Shown here: one piece after another, positions 1 to 10,593 of the stretch
How positions within the stretch are numbered: position 1 is the stretch's first letter
Layout: each line of letters opens with the position of its first letter
Made by a program: the position numbers and the translations under genes
Assembly: GCA_965216465.1 (NCBI GenBank)
Contig: CBDCFW010000006.1
Span: forward strand, 416,723-480,722
Reading direction: 5' to 3'
Length of the DNA: 64,000 nucleotides
DNA from: Bacteroidia bacterium
Lineage (GTDB): Bacteria > Bacteroidota > Bacteroidia > NS11-12g > UBA9320
Notes under the pieces: generated by a model
What the model saw: only the letters and a program-made list of their open reading frames with translations
Told to the model about the DNA's origin: nothing
Database searches by the model: none

Positions 1-108
1 TACTGAGTTCGCACGTTAATTTGTAAAACTCTTAAACGCAATGGTATAAGAAATGTTACAGCTTGTTTGCAGTAAAAACAAAGATGAACAAAAGATGACA
101 GATCTCAA

Positions 109-1317
109 TTATTTGCCATCCACAAAATCTTGCAAGTACGAATAAGGTTTATTCAGCTTGCCTTCAGAAGTTGTAATTGAGGCACTGTGCAAGATGTCGT
201 CTTGGTCACCATTTATCAGTAACGGAACAATGTGATCAAGCAACAACGACCCAAACTCATGGCTCGCATTCTTTGGCATTTCAGTAGGTAAGTTGGTTAC
301 GGCCATTACGTCGATAGTGTTGTCGCCATATGCTTCAACTTGTTTCTGTTCTGTCTTGCTCCAGCCAAAAGTGGGATTGTAGATATCGGTTGCTTCCATG
401 GTGATTGGAACGCTTCCTTCAACATCGCATGTTATATCGGCAATTACTTTGATTCTGAAGTTATCACGTTTGGTGTCTTCTTTTGTAAAGAGTACGGGCA
501 TATCATCTTCCCAATACATTCCATTTATCAAGATGTCGGCAGCATCTCCAAACTGGTCAAATTCACAGCAATAAGCACTGTGGTTATTATAAAAATGCTC
601 GGAAGTCCACTCGCCACCATCTCTTCTGTGGTATAGGTCCCAATTGGTTAGTTGCGTAAACACAGGAGCCACATCTTGCTGCATAATAAAATTAGTTGGA
701 GTAAGTTCTTCTACACGCATATGTTCTAGCACTTCTCTTATGCCTTTTGCAACTCTACCGTTGCCTGTAAATACGATGCGTGGATTGCCAATATCCAAAC
801 CTTTCAATAGCTCCATCGATTTTTCATAATCATCAATTTCATAGGCTGGAGGCAAATCGTATAATCCATTTTTCTTACCCCATGTCAAGAATGCATTATA
901 GGCTCCAACAATACCAGCCCACTTTCCGAATCCCAGAATTCGAACGTCTTTCTCAGGCCAAACCAAAGTTTCATAATCAATCATCCGCACCTTTTTGTTG
1001 AGCATTTCGAGCAACAGGTCACGGTTATAATCTTGTGCTTTGATCGTATGCGAAAAGAACAAATAAGTCTTGCCTGGTATAAGCTTTTCTTTAGGCACCT
1101 CTTTAACTCCAAGTAATACGTCGCAATCCGATATATCTTGAACAACCTTTACCCCAAGACGTTCATAATCAACATCTTTAAATGTTCGAACGGGCGATGA
1201 TTCAACAACCAATTCGACATCTGGATGCCTTTCCATAAAGGTTTTACATAGCTCAGGAGTGAGAGCAACTCGTTTGTCTTCAGGTTTTTTCCACTCTCGA
1301 ATTATTCCAATTTTCAT
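109..1317 (-). CDS. saccharopine dehydrogenase-like (AlaDH/PNT N-terminal domain) enzyme
   Basis: 402-aa ORF. N-terminus MKIGIIREWKKPEDKRVALTPE is typical of the AlaDH/PNT fold in lysine-forming saccharopine dehydrogenases. Confidence 0.55.
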   Translation of the reverse strand: MKIGIIREWKKPEDKRVALTPELCKTFMERHPDVELVVESSPVRTFKDVDYERLGVKVVQDISDCDVLLGVKEVPKEKLIPGKTYLFFSHTIKAQDYNRDLLLEMLNKKVRMIDYETLVWPEKDVRILGFGKWAGIVGAYNAFLTWGKKNGLYDLPPAYEIDDYEKSMELLKGLDIGNPRIVFTGNGRVAKGIREVLEHMRVEELTPTNFIMQQDVAPVFTQLTNWDLYHRRDGGEWTSEHFYNNHSAYCCEFDQFGDAADILINGMYWEDDMPVLFTKEDTKRDNFRIKVIADITCDVEGSVPITMEATDIYNPTFGWSKTEQKQVEAYGDNTIDVMAVTNLPTEMPKNASHEFGSLLLDHIVPLLINGDQDDILHSASITTSEGKLNKPYSYLQDFVDGK

Positions 1318-1754
1318 TCTTCTAGATTTCCAAAGTTTTGGGTGTATTTACGATAAAAGGATACAAGGTTTTGCGGAGCTGTGTCCATATTGTTCCATAC
1401 TACTTTCGTTACTTTTTTCTTCTCTTGAAATTTGATGTAGTAGGTCATGTTGCCTGGTGGCGTCGATTCATAATCAAAAAACTCCATGGCATACAATTCG
1501 GCAATCATAATTTCAAACTGGTCATCAAATGCCGATTCAAGTGCGGTAACTTTTGATGTTGAGTCACCCATAAAACCTGTTGTGAAAAAGCGCTGGCCAT
1601 TGGGAAAGAAGTAGTATACCTGCTCTTGTCCTGAAAATCCACCGTAAGAACCAATTTCGATGTACGACTTCGGTTTATCCTCAAGTGAATACATCTTGTT
1701 ATTGCACTGAGAGAGTGCTACAATGATTACGCCTGCGAGAAGCAAATTTTTCAT
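1314..1754 (-). CDS. hypothetical lipoprotein (start moved to MKNLLLAGVIIVALSQC)
   Basis: The ORF's internal Met begins a lipoprotein-type signal peptide with a lipobox Cys. The longer ORF would overlap the upstream gene. Confidence 0.4.
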   Translation of the reverse strand: MKNLLLAGVIIVALSQCNNKMYSLEDKPKSYIEIGSYGGFSGQEQVYYFFPNGQRFFTTGFMGDSTSKVTALESAFDDQFEIMIAELYAMEFFDYESTPPGNMTYYIKFQEKKKVTKVVWNNMDTAPQNLVSFYRKYTQNFGNLEE

Positions 1755-1779
1755 TGCGGTCAAATATAAGAAATGGTGC

Positions 1780-3849
1780 CTACTTCCGATTGTAAATATT
1801 GAATAATGGTATATCAATCAACACCGAAAAATTAATTCTACTCACGCTGGTATGCGTTTCGGTGATAATGGCATTACCCGACTCGTAAGTAATCGTTCGC
1901 AAATTTGGAATGTAATTGTACACCCCACCAATGGTAATTGGGCTCGATTTGAAGTTATAAAACAATCCTGCTCCCGGAGTAAAAAACTGCTCAAACTTTA
2001 ATCCTGAATAAGAAACCGTATCGTTATTAAGTCGTTGATTTACAATAGATCCCAGGTCTAAAATGCTGGCAAAAACGGTTACATGTCCGTTACCGAAAGT
2101 GGTTGAAATACCAATGGGAGCTGTCAAACCAACATTTGGTTTAAACTGACTGGCCTGTTCGCCATAAGCAAGTTCGTAGCCGCCTGTTAAACCACCATAT
2201 GCGTTAAGAGCTACGTTGAATTTACTGTTTCTTTTTATTGAAGAACTTCCAATGGGCAAGGCATACGATTCAATCAAATTGCGCATATCTGTTGCATTAT
2301 CAATCTTATAAAACTCAAGCAAGAATGTAACCGAGTGTAGGTTCTTTAAATGACCACCAAGATATTCTACAAAATACAATGCCATAATATTGATGGCCTC
2401 TGGGTACCGCTTGCTTCTAAATGCATTGGTCAATTCGATGGTGTGACTGGCTACTTCAAACATTTTCGGGTGAACATTATACGACTCTTGCACTACGGGA
2501 TGAGCACATAATCTTCGCAAGAAATTAAAACAAGAATTGGCTGCTTCAAGTGTTTTTTCAAGAGAATTTGAATCGGATTTCCCATACGAAAAGTTCAGAT
2601 CAGTATTCTTAAAGGGTTGAATGAGCTGATACATTTCTCTAGCCATGCCTTCGTTACTAAAATATTGACTCAGATGAGATTGCCATGTTGGATAGTTGCC
2701 TAATTCATCATAATACAATCCGTAGAAATACCTCACCTTACGTTGGTCAAATTTTTCAGGACTAACCAAATCTTCAACATCGATATAACCGGCTAAACTT
2801 ACCTCATCATAATCGAGTAAGTGAGTGACATCGTGTTTTTCAACAACCCGCGATAACATCTTACTAAAACTCAACCACGAATTGAAGTTATGGCCATCCA
2901 ACGAATCGGGAAGATAAATATTAAAAAGCATCTCTTGAGCCGTATGTGACTCGTTGATTTGCAATAACTTATTGGTCAAACTAAAGATCTCGCTCGCTAC
3001 TGGATATTCTTGAAACGCCGGAAAAATATGCTCTTTATTTTCCTCAAAAGCTTGATCGAGATTGGTGACATCCATATTGATGATTTGCCTAAGTTGAACC
3101 AAGTCTGCAGCATAATATGTTCCATCATTTAACAGCGTATTGATGTATAAAAACGTTTTAGGGAATAGGTTCGAAACGATGAGCGAATCTTCTCGCGTCA
3201 TAGTTTTAAAGATGCTGTTCAATGCCAAATTCAACGATTCTTGTTTGAGTCTATCTGCTATGAAAGACGACAAGGCATTGATCATGGTGCCCTGAAAATT
3301 GTCGAAGTTTTGAATTACACTATTCGCAAAATCAGCTTCTAGGTCAAAATAGTCAGCAACACCATCTGCATCAACATCTTCTATATAGGGATAGTATTGA
3401 CCCGATCGAGAAGGAGCAAAGTGATGATCCCAAGTCATAATGGAATCTAAAAATTGAGTGGAAACTGAATCTCGATAATGTGATCGGATATTGCTGCTGT
3501 TTAAAAACGGATTTTGATTGATTTGAATATTGCTTGTCCAAGCAAAAAGTCTGTTTCTAAATTGCTCTTCATAGTTGCGATAATAGATGCGTTGCAATTC
3601 ATACTTCTCTTTGGCCTTCATAAACATTGCTGTATCATCTTCTAAAGCAAGATCGATGCATTCTTGAAATAGCAATTGACAATCTTTAAAGTAGGCTTCA
3701 GCAGTGTCATATTTCAGTGCTAAAACTTCGGCTTTTGAGTACACATCGAGGTTGTTCTCAAAATCATCATCCATAACAATATGAATGAGCTGGGCCTGTG
3801 AAACATTAACTAAAAGAGCGAGAATACATGCAGATAAAAAAGTTCTCAT
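1780..3849 (-). CDS. hypothetical secreted protein with beta-rich C-terminal (outer-membrane-like) domain
   Basis: 689-aa ORF with an N-terminal signal peptide. The C-terminal ~150 aa has alternating beta-strand-like composition and ends with an aromatic residue. Confidence 0.45.
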   Translation of the reverse strand: MRTFLSACILALLVNVSQAQLIHIVMDDDFENNLDVYSKAEVLALKYDTAEAYFKDCQLLFQECIDLALEDDTAMFMKAKEKYELQRIYYRNYEEQFRNRLFAWTSNIQINQNPFLNSSNIRSHYRDSVSTQFLDSIMTWDHHFAPSRSGQYYPYIEDVDADGVADYFDLEADFANSVIQNFDNFQGTMINALSSFIADRLKQESLNLALNSIFKTMTREDSLIVSNLFPKTFLYINTLLNDGTYYAADLVQLRQIINMDVTNLDQAFEENKEHIFPAFQEYPVASEIFSLTNKLLQINESHTAQEMLFNIYLPDSLDGHNFNSWLSFSKMLSRVVEKHDVTHLLDYDEVSLAGYIDVEDLVSPEKFDQRKVRYFYGLYYDELGNYPTWQSHLSQYFSNEGMAREMYQLIQPFKNTDLNFSYGKSDSNSLEKTLEAANSCFNFLRRLCAHPVVQESYNVHPKMFEVASHTIELTNAFRSKRYPEAINIMALYFVEYLGGHLKNLHSVTFLLEFYKIDNATDMRNLIESYALPIGSSSIKRNSKFNVALNAYGGLTGGYELAYGEQASQFKPNVGLTAPIGISTTFGNGHVTVFASILDLGSIVNQRLNNDTVSYSGLKFEQFFTPGAGLFYNFKSSPITIGGVYNYIPNLRTITYESGNAIITETHTSVSRINFSVLIDIPLFNIYNRK

Positions 3850-4141
3850 GTTGAGGTTTTTGGTTAGGTTGGTTCAGAACGAATATAACCAAAGAACGCT
3901 CAAGGTTTTACCTAGCCTGTTAGTAAGCTAGCATATTCTTCAAATCGATGCTCGCGAATGGGCCTAATTTTTGGTTCAGTGGTGAAGTGCAAAAGCAAGC
4001 ACGGAGCAATGTCTTTATACCGGTCTACAAACTCAAAATGCAACAATTCTCCATTGTTGATTCGTTGTTTTATTCTATTGTGATATGAGTAACGCATAAC
4101 AAAAAATGGGTCGAGCTTGTACCCGACCCATCGCACCTAAA

Positions 4142-5098
4142 TTACGGTATAAGAACCTGATCTATGGCGTGAATTACGCCGTTAGAACTTTGCACATCTG
4201 CCTGAACCACTGCAGATACTCTTGACTGGCCATCCGTTACGGTTACCCCGTCAGTAGTGTTTAGTGTAATACTAGTACCTTGGTAAGTCATTGGTGTAGC
4301 ACCATCTGTAATTTCTGAAGAAGTTACATTACTTCCTGCAATTACATGATAGCTTAAAACCGCTTCCAAAGTAGCAGTAGGAATATCATCGAGGGTGTTC
4401 CAATCCATATTGCTATTTAATAATGCAGTAAAGGCATCATTCGTAGGAGCAAAAATGGTAAATGGACCATCACCTGAAAGTATCGACACAAAGTCGGCAC
4501 TTAAATTTTCGTTGGTTAACGCAGCTACAAGCGTGCTGAAATTTGGATTACTCAACGCAACATCAACTACAGATGGAATAGTAATCACTTTGTCTACTAC
4601 ATGAACAACGCCGTTGTCTGCTGCAACATCTGGAGCTGTCACCTTCGCTCTGTTGTTGATCATAATGCCATCTGTCAAGTCAATAAACATAGAAACGTTA
4701 GTCGCTTCAGGACCTGATGCCAGCGTGTTTACATAACCCGTACTTAAATCAGTACTCATAACTTTACCACTTACAACGTGGTTCATTAAAATTTCTTTGA
4801 GAACAGGAACAGGTACGTCATCTAAACTGTTAAAATTTAGTTCAGCAAGTAAACTTGTGAAAGCATCGTCTGTAGGTGCAAAAACTGTAAAAGGACCTTC
4901 CCCTTCTAAGGTCATGGTTAAATCGGCACGGTCAAGTGCATCAATTAAGATTGTAAAGTTGTTTGCATTGGCCACGTCAACAATATTGTTGGTGGTAGGT
5001 TCCGGAGTTGGAGTTGATTCCGCATCATCGGAACAAGATGTAATTGTAAAAGCCATTAGCATAAAAGCTGAAAGCAAGGCTAGATTGAATTTTTTCAT
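4142..5098 (-). CDS. fasciclin (FAS1) domain lipoprotein, two FAS1 repeats
   Basis: Signal peptide plus Cys. Two repeats of the FAS1-like blocks (TVFAPTDDAF...LNHVVSG and TIFAPTNDAF...LSYHVIAG). Confidence 0.7.
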   Translation of the reverse strand: MKKFNLALLSAFMLMAFTITSCSDDAESTPTPEPTTNNIVDVANANNFTILIDALDRADLTMTLEGEGPFTVFAPTDDAFTSLLAELNFNSLDDVPVPVLKEILMNHVVSGKVMSTDLSTGYVNTLASGPEATNVSMFIDLTDGIMINNRAKVTAPDVAADNGVVHVVDKVITIPSVVDVALSNPNFSTLVAALTNENLSADFVSILSGDGPFTIFAPTNDAFTALLNSNMDWNTLDDIPTATLEAVLSYHVIAGSNVTSSEITDGATPMTYQGTSITLNTTDGVTVTDGQSRVSAVVQADVQSSNGVIHAIDQVLIP

Positions 5099-5232
5099 TT
5101 TGATTGTTGTTTACTCTTACCAACAATAAATTTTGTTTAATGTTTTGGATAAAAAGTTAAACAATGTAAGTTGAATGTCATTTCACTAACTTGCGAAATC
5201 AAACAACCAAACACCAATTCTGTTATTAAATT

Positions 5233-5679
5233 ATGCTAACCAACTTAAAACGATCTGCAACTGCTGTGTGGAAAGGAACCGGCCTCGAAGGGTCAGGTGT
5301 AGTATCTACTCCAAGCAAGGCTTTAACTGATTTACCTTACTCTCACAAATCTCGATTTCAAAATGAAGATGGTCTCAACGGCACAAACCCTGAAGAGATG
5401 ATTGCGGCTGCACACGCAGGCTGCTTTAATATGGCACTTAGCTTTCAATTAAATGGGGCTGGTTATACTGCCAATTCATTAGAAACTGAAGCAAAAGTAT
5501 TTATGGGCAAAGAAGGATTCGACTATCATATTGCTCGCATCGATTTGATTTTAAAAGGAAGCGTTGAAGGTATTTCTGAAGATGAATTTCAGCGTTTAGC
5601 TACAGCAGCTAAAGAAGGATGCCCAATATCAATGGCTCTTTCAGCTGTGGAGATCACACTTGATGCTAGCTTAGTCTAA
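5233..5679 (+). CDS. OsmC/Ohr family peroxiredoxin-like protein
   Basis: 148 aa with two conserved Cys contexts (AHAGCFNMAL, KEGCPIS) typical of OsmC. Confidence 0.65.
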   Translation: MLTNLKRSATAVWKGTGLEGSGVVSTPSKALTDLPYSHKSRFQNEDGLNGTNPEEMIAAAHAGCFNMALSFQLNGAGYTANSLETEAKVFMGKEGFDYHIARIDLILKGSVEGISEDEFQRLATAAKEGCPISMALSAVEITLDASLV

Positions 5680-6659
5680 GCAAATTGTGAAGCTATTGCT
5701 TTGAGTACAGGAATAGAGGCACTGTTCCCAAATTGTTTGTATGCCTGATTTTTGGATGGATGAATCTTAAAATCCTCTGGGAATCCATGTAAACGAGCGC
5801 ACTCACGTGGACTTAGTTTCCTAAGCTTGCCATCTATCCAATACAAACCGGTTTTGCTTCCTACCCCACCTCCATGTGCCGATAAGGTAATGGCATGCCC
5901 AACAGGATGATAGATTCGTTCACCCTGACCACCCTTGTTCACGATACCAATTTGCACCGGGCGATTTGGGACGTTGGAGACTTCTTGAACACTTTCGGGT
6001 TGTTTGGTAAAAACCATATCGCTTCGAACAATGCTTGGCATTTCCGATTGATCTTCTAAGATTTGATGCAGAGCTATTTCCGAATTAATAGGTTCGGGAA
6101 ACTTGAAATCGACGCTACACTTATCTTGATGTGTTGCTACGATGTAAACTCTTTCACGGTTCTGCGGAAGCCCAAAGTGGCTTGTATTAAGCACCTTGTA
6201 ATGTACTTCATAATTCAATGCTTTAAGCACTTCAATAATTCTTGCAAGTGTTTTTCCCTGATCATGACCAACTAAATTCTTTACATTTTCTAGGAACAAA
6301 ATGCTAGGTTGGTGATGTTTTGCAATTCGTGCTATATCAAAGAATAATGTACCTCGTGTGTCTTCAAACCCCAATCTTTTACCGGACACTGAAAAGGCCT
6401 GACATGGAAATCCAGCACACAAAATATCATGACTCGGAATATCATTAGCAGCAATTTGCGTAATATCACCTGCTGGTTTAATATGATGGTTTTGAGTGTA
6501 AGTGAGTGATGCCGGCTGGTCAATTTCTGATGCGAATACACAAGTCGCTCCTAAATCGGAAAGGGCATAATGAAATGCTCCTATCCCAGCAAAGAGGTCT
6601 ATAAAATTGAATTGATTTAAGGGTTTATCTTCTGGCACCTTAGCACGAAGATATTCCAT
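5676..6659 (-). CDS. DNA (cytosine-5)-methyltransferase
   Basis: C5-MTase motif I FIDLFAGIGAF, motif IV GFPCQAFS and ENV motif (FLENVKNL). No adjacent restriction gene. Confidence 0.85.
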   Translation of the reverse strand: MEYLRAKVPEDKPLNQFNFIDLFAGIGAFHYALSDLGATCVFASEIDQPASLTYTQNHHIKPAGDITQIAANDIPSHDILCAGFPCQAFSVSGKRLGFEDTRGTLFFDIARIAKHHQPSILFLENVKNLVGHDQGKTLARIIEVLKALNYEVHYKVLNTSHFGLPQNRERVYIVATHQDKCSVDFKFPEPINSEIALHQILEDQSEMPSIVRSDMVFTKQPESVQEVSNVPNRPVQIGIVNKGGQGERIYHPVGHAITLSAHGGGVGSKTGLYWIDGKLRKLSPRECARLHGFPEDFKIHPSKNQAYKQFGNSASIPVLKAIASQFA

Positions 6660-6677
6660 TGCGATAAAATTGGAATT

Positions 6678-7700
6678 CTAAAACTTAGGACAGCCAATGT
6701 TTCGGAACTTACGGCTTGGTTGACGGGCACACCATTCTATAGAAGCCGATATTTCATGCGAGCCTGGTGCCGCAGTACGAGCATCAGAAACCGTAAAATC
6801 GTAGCTATATCCAAACTTGAATCGATCTTTCGTGAAGCCAACAAGAGCCATCATGGCATCTGGGTTGCGGTATTCGCCAAGTGTTTGTCTGAACCACAAT
6901 CCGGTAACCAAAGGACCTTTATTATAGTAGAAACCTACGTTTAATTGTGAAAACTTGTTTTGTCTCATGAATAACACGTTTGGCGACAACGTAGATTCAG
7001 GTCTAACACGACCATCCAACGGAATAACCATTCCTGCGTGTGCGGTGTACCTTCTGGGAATTACTGCTTGATTGTCGTAAAACGACTCATTGGGTTCAAT
7101 CAGATTGTGTACGGCAAATCCACCATAAAACTTCTCGGTATAGGCTACCATTCCCGTCGCAAAATTGGCGTAAGTAACAGGGTCGGTAATGGGCACTTCA
7201 CCAGTTGGAAGCACAAATCCTTGAACTGGGTCAATTTGATCTTCAAAGCGGAGCTTGTACCAATCGATGCTTCGTTGGCCAACCGAACCTTGCATTCCAA
7301 AGCGAATGGTAAATCGTTGCGTAACATCAAGTTGGTATGAGTAAACCGCTGATGCAACCGTTGATCTCAACAGGCCTTCACCGGCTCTATCGTCTAACAG
7401 TAGAAATCCTATTCCACCACCGATATCATCAAAATGTTGATCGTAGCTTGCTGTAGTGGTCACAAATGTTCCGGGTAAGCTCGGCCATTGATTTCGATAA
7501 TTAAGGGCTACCCTTCCACCTCCATCACATGATCCTGTACCCGCTAGAGCCGGATTAAGATACAAGGGTGAGGCATAAAATTGGGTTAATTCAGGGTCTT
7601 GGGCAATTGAGTCAAATGAGAAGGAAATTAGTACAGCGAGGAATAAGGTTGCAACTGTTTTCATGAAAGTAAGACCAATAGTGCAGGTGAGATGTTGCAC
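6678..7700 (-). CDS. T9SS PorP/SprF-family membrane protein
   Basis: 340 aa, signal peptide, LYLNPALAG motif and the size typical of the PorP/SprF beta-barrel family. Confidence 0.55.
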   Translation of the reverse strand: MQHLTCTIGLTFMKTVATLFLAVLISFSFDSIAQDPELTQFYASPLYLNPALAGTGSCDGGGRVALNYRNQWPSLPGTFVTTTASYDQHFDDIGGGIGFLLLDDRAGEGLLRSTVASAVYSYQLDVTQRFTIRFGMQGSVGQRSIDWYKLRFEDQIDPVQGFVLPTGEVPITDPVTYANFATGMVAYTEKFYGGFAVHNLIEPNESFYDNQAVIPRRYTAHAGMVIPLDGRVRPESTLSPNVLFMRQNKFSQLNVGFYYNKGPLVTGLWFRQTLGEYRNPDAMMALVGFTKDRFKFGYSYDFTVSDARTAAPGSHEISASIEWCARQPSRKFRNIGCPKF

Positions 7701-7823
7701 GTGATTGAACGACCACTAAAACAAGAACTATTAACATTTGATTCTCAGTTATACATTTTGCTTGACAATGAACCTAAACTTATGCAAATTGCAGTTTCAA
7801 ACTTCTAATAAGAAAGCACATTT

Positions 7824-8876
7824 ATGATTATAGGAATTACGGGAACACTCGCGGCAGGAAAAGGAACAATTGTTGAATATCTTCAAAAGAAAGGATTCAA
7901 ACATTTTTCGGTTAGGGCATATTTGACCAAGAAGGTGAAAGATCAAGGACTGCCTGTAAACCGCGACTCTTTTGTTCAAGTAGCAAATGCCTTACGAGAA
8001 GACAATTCGCCAAGCTTTATTGTAGAAGAATTGTATCGCGAAGCTAAAGAAGCAGGAGGCGATGTGATTATAGAAAGTGTTAGAACAGAGGGTGAAGTTC
8101 AAGCCTTAAAGTCAAAAGGAAATTTCTACCTTTTTGCTATTGATGCCGATGCTGAGATTCGCTATCCAAGAGCGGTTGCTCGAGCTAGCGAAACCGATTC
8201 CGTGAGCTTCGAAACCTTTGTTGCAAATGAAGAACGTGAATGGGCAAATACCGACCCGACCAAGGGTAACTTGAAAAGATGTATTGAACTTTCTGACTAT
8301 AAATTTACCAACAACGGAGAACTAGAAGAGTTGTTTGAACAAATCGACACGGTATTGCAAGACATCAACAACAAGTCTAAAAATGTTACCAAACGCCAAG
8401 ATTATATTTCTTGGGATGAATATTTCATGGGAGTTTCTATTCTCTCGGGAAGAAGAAGCAAGGATCCTTCAACGCAAGTAGGTGCATGCATCATAGACCA
8501 AGATAAAAAGATTATTGCCACCGGCTATAATGGGGCCCCTCGTGGAATTGATGATGAAGATTTCCCTTGGTCTAGGGAAGGAGATTTCTTAGACACGAAG
8601 TACGCCTATGTTTGTCATGCTGAGTTAAACGCAATTTTAAATGCCACCACCCAGAATTTAAAAGGCTGCACCATTTATGTAGCGCTCTTCCCTTGCAATG
8701 AATGTGCAAAATCGATTATTCAATCTGGCATAAAGAAGGTGGTATATTTATCAGATAAGTATATGGATGTCCCTGCATTTATTGCATCCAGAAAAATATT
8801 AGGCATGGCAGATATTGAATTGGTGCAAATGAAGCCATCCATTGCATCATTGAGCTTAGATTTTAGCAAAGTGTGA
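7824..8876 (+). CDS. P-loop nucleotide kinase domain fused to dCMP/cytidine deaminase domain
   Basis: N-terminal Walker A GITGTLAAGKGT. C-terminal zinc deaminase motifs HAELNAI and PCNECAKSI. Confidence 0.7.
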   Translation: MIIGITGTLAAGKGTIVEYLQKKGFKHFSVRAYLTKKVKDQGLPVNRDSFVQVANALREDNSPSFIVEELYREAKEAGGDVIIESVRTEGEVQALKSKGNFYLFAIDADAEIRYPRAVARASETDSVSFETFVANEEREWANTDPTKGNLKRCIELSDYKFTNNGELEELFEQIDTVLQDINNKSKNVTKRQDYISWDEYFMGVSILSGRRSKDPSTQVGACIIDQDKKIIATGYNGAPRGIDDEDFPWSREGDFLDTKYAYVCHAELNAILNATTQNLKGCTIYVALFPCNECAKSIIQSGIKKVVYLSDKYMDVPAFIASRKILGMADIELVQMKPSIASLSLDFSKV

Positions 8877-8877
8877 T

Positions 8878-9402
8878 ATGATTTCTTTCTCTCTTGAACA
8901 AACGATTTCATTTCTGGAACGCACTCCAGATTTACTTGAAATTTGTTTAAAAGAGAACGAGCTAGATTGGCTGCACAACAACGAAGGAGGCGAATCGTGG
9001 AGCCCCTTTGAGGTCTTGGGTCATTTAATTTTCGGTGAACAGACCGACTGGATTCCTAGGTTGAATATCATACTCAATCAACAAGCCGACAAAACATTTA
9101 TTCCATTTGATCGCTTAGGACACCAAGAACACATCTTAGACAAAACGATTGTTCAACTTTTAGATGAGTTCAGAGCAATTCGGCTAAAAAATTTGGAAGA
9201 ACTGAAGCAGCTCAATTTAACTGAAGAACAACTGAATTTGACTGGCATACACCCCGAATTTGGGGAAGTGACCGCAAGACAATTGCTCTCAACGTGGTTG
9301 GTGCATGATTTTGCACATATCGTTCAAATTTATCGGGTAATGGGCAAGCAGTACAAAGATGCTGTAGGACCTTGGGCAGCCTATATCGGAATATTGAAAT
9401 AA
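8878..9402 (+). CDS. DinB/YfiT-like metal-dependent hydrolase family protein
   Basis: 174 aa with His-rich DinB_2-like motifs (HLIFGEQTDW, HDFAHIVQ). Confidence 0.55.
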   Translation: MISFSLEQTISFLERTPDLLEICLKENELDWLHNNEGGESWSPFEVLGHLIFGEQTDWIPRLNIILNQQADKTFIPFDRLGHQEHILDKTIVQLLDEFRAIRLKNLEELKQLNLTEEQLNLTGIHPEFGEVTARQLLSTWLVHDFAHIVQIYRVMGKQYKDAVGPWAAYIGILK

Positions 9403-9733
9403 GCTCACTATCTTTGGTTGATTTGTTTCGACTACGATTCTTTAAATATGTTACGCCGTTGCGGTTGTTCGCTTTGTTTATTGTTTTGTCATCACTTCAA
9501 TTGGCCATTGTTAACTATCAAATTGTGCAACGCGGTGAGGGCCCAATTTTGTGGGGACTGAAGCCTTGGTTCGTTGCGTTGCTCGCCTTACTTCCTTTAC
9601 TCGTAGATCTCGTTTTAAGTAGGGCATTCAAAACCAAAAACGGAATCAATTGGCTGGTACAATCTTTTCTTCTCCTCAGCTTTTTTGTGTGGATATGGTA
9701 TACCTAAAATCGAATACACTACGTTTTAAAACC

Positions 9734-10585
9734 ATGAAGAACTGGCTAATCATATTAATCTTAACCCTATGCATTCATTCAAACGCCACGACCCTCACTC
9801 ATGCCCATTCCCTCCTCCACACCCAAACTCAAACTCAAACTGCCCCATCATTAACCCCATCATTAACCCCATCCTTAACCCCCTGGGATACTGCACTCTA
9901 CATCGATGCTCTTAACGATACCTTTCATATAAAAGTGCATTTGCCGGCAGGTTATGATGCAAGTAAATCGTATCCGTTGCTTTGTTATGTCGATGGAAAT
10001 TTAAATTTGGGTAAAGCAGTAGTTAATCTCTACAAATCAGATGTTAATCGTTCATTTTCAACGACTTGCATCTTGTTAAGCATAGAACATCACGGCAATA
10101 TTCCTGTGCAACGGAGAAGGGATTTTTTATTTGATGGAGCTCCTATTTTCACCGATTTGATGAAGTTGTTGTTTCTTCCTTTAACAAAAGAGAAGTTTAG
10201 CGTTGACGAAAATAATATCTGCTTCTTGGGACATTCATTCGGAGGACTAATCGGCACTTATATGATGCTGAATGACACTTTGTTTAGTCACCATATTTTA
10301 TTGAGTCCTTCATTTTGGGTTAAAGACAAAGCGATATTTCAATATTTAGAAGAATCACCTGTTAGTTCTTACTTTATTTCGTGTGGTGGCATGGAACGCT
10401 TCAACGGAATTCATGACAATGTTCTTGATTTTGTAGAATCTGCTGAGCAGTATCATGGCACGGAAAACATTCAATTAATTGTTTACCCATTCGCAAGACA
10501 TAGCTCTTATCTGGATCGTGGGGTGAGGGATGGGGTCACGTGGTGGTTGGGGAAGGCTGAAAGTAAATCTGACGGAACGCCGTAA
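9734..10585 (+). CDS. putative esterase (enterochelin-esterase-like alpha/beta hydrolase) with TQ/SLTP repeat linker
   Basis: Signal peptide MKNWLIILILTLCIHSNA, a GHSFGG nucleophile elbow, and a low-complexity TQTQTQT-APSLTPSLTPSLTP linker after the signal peptide. Confidence 0.65.
   Translation: MKNWLIILILTLCIHSNATTLTHAHSLLHTQTQTQTAPSLTPSLTPSLTPWDTALYIDALNDTFHIKVHLPAGYDASKSYPLLCYVDGNLNLGKAVVNLYKSDVNRSFSTTCILLSIEHHGNIPVQRRRDFLFDGAPIFTDLMKLLFLPLTKEKFSVDENNICFLGHSFGGLIGTYMMLNDTLFSHHILLSPSFWVKDKAIFQYLEESPVSSYFISCGGMERFNGIHDNVLDFVESAEQYHGTENIQLIVYPFARHSSYLDRGVRDGVTWWLGKAESKSDGTP
9819..9885 (+). repeat. (CAAACT)3 followed by 3 x 12-bp CCATCATTAACC repeats inside esterase gene
   Basis: Direct reading: cacacccaaactcaaactcaaactgccccatcattaaccccatcattaaccccatccttaacccc. 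Confidence 0.85.
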
Positions 10586-10593
10586 GATCCACA

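Noticed and set aside
340-1001. Plus-strand ORFs antisense to the saccharopine-dehydrogenase-like gene
   Set aside because: Fully embedded antisense to a well-supported gene, with no motifs.
9372-9707. 111-aa ORF overlapping the DinB end and esterase start
   Set aside because: It overlaps both neighbours, and the esterase start was reassigned to 9734. It might be a small membrane protein, but the evidence is insufficient.
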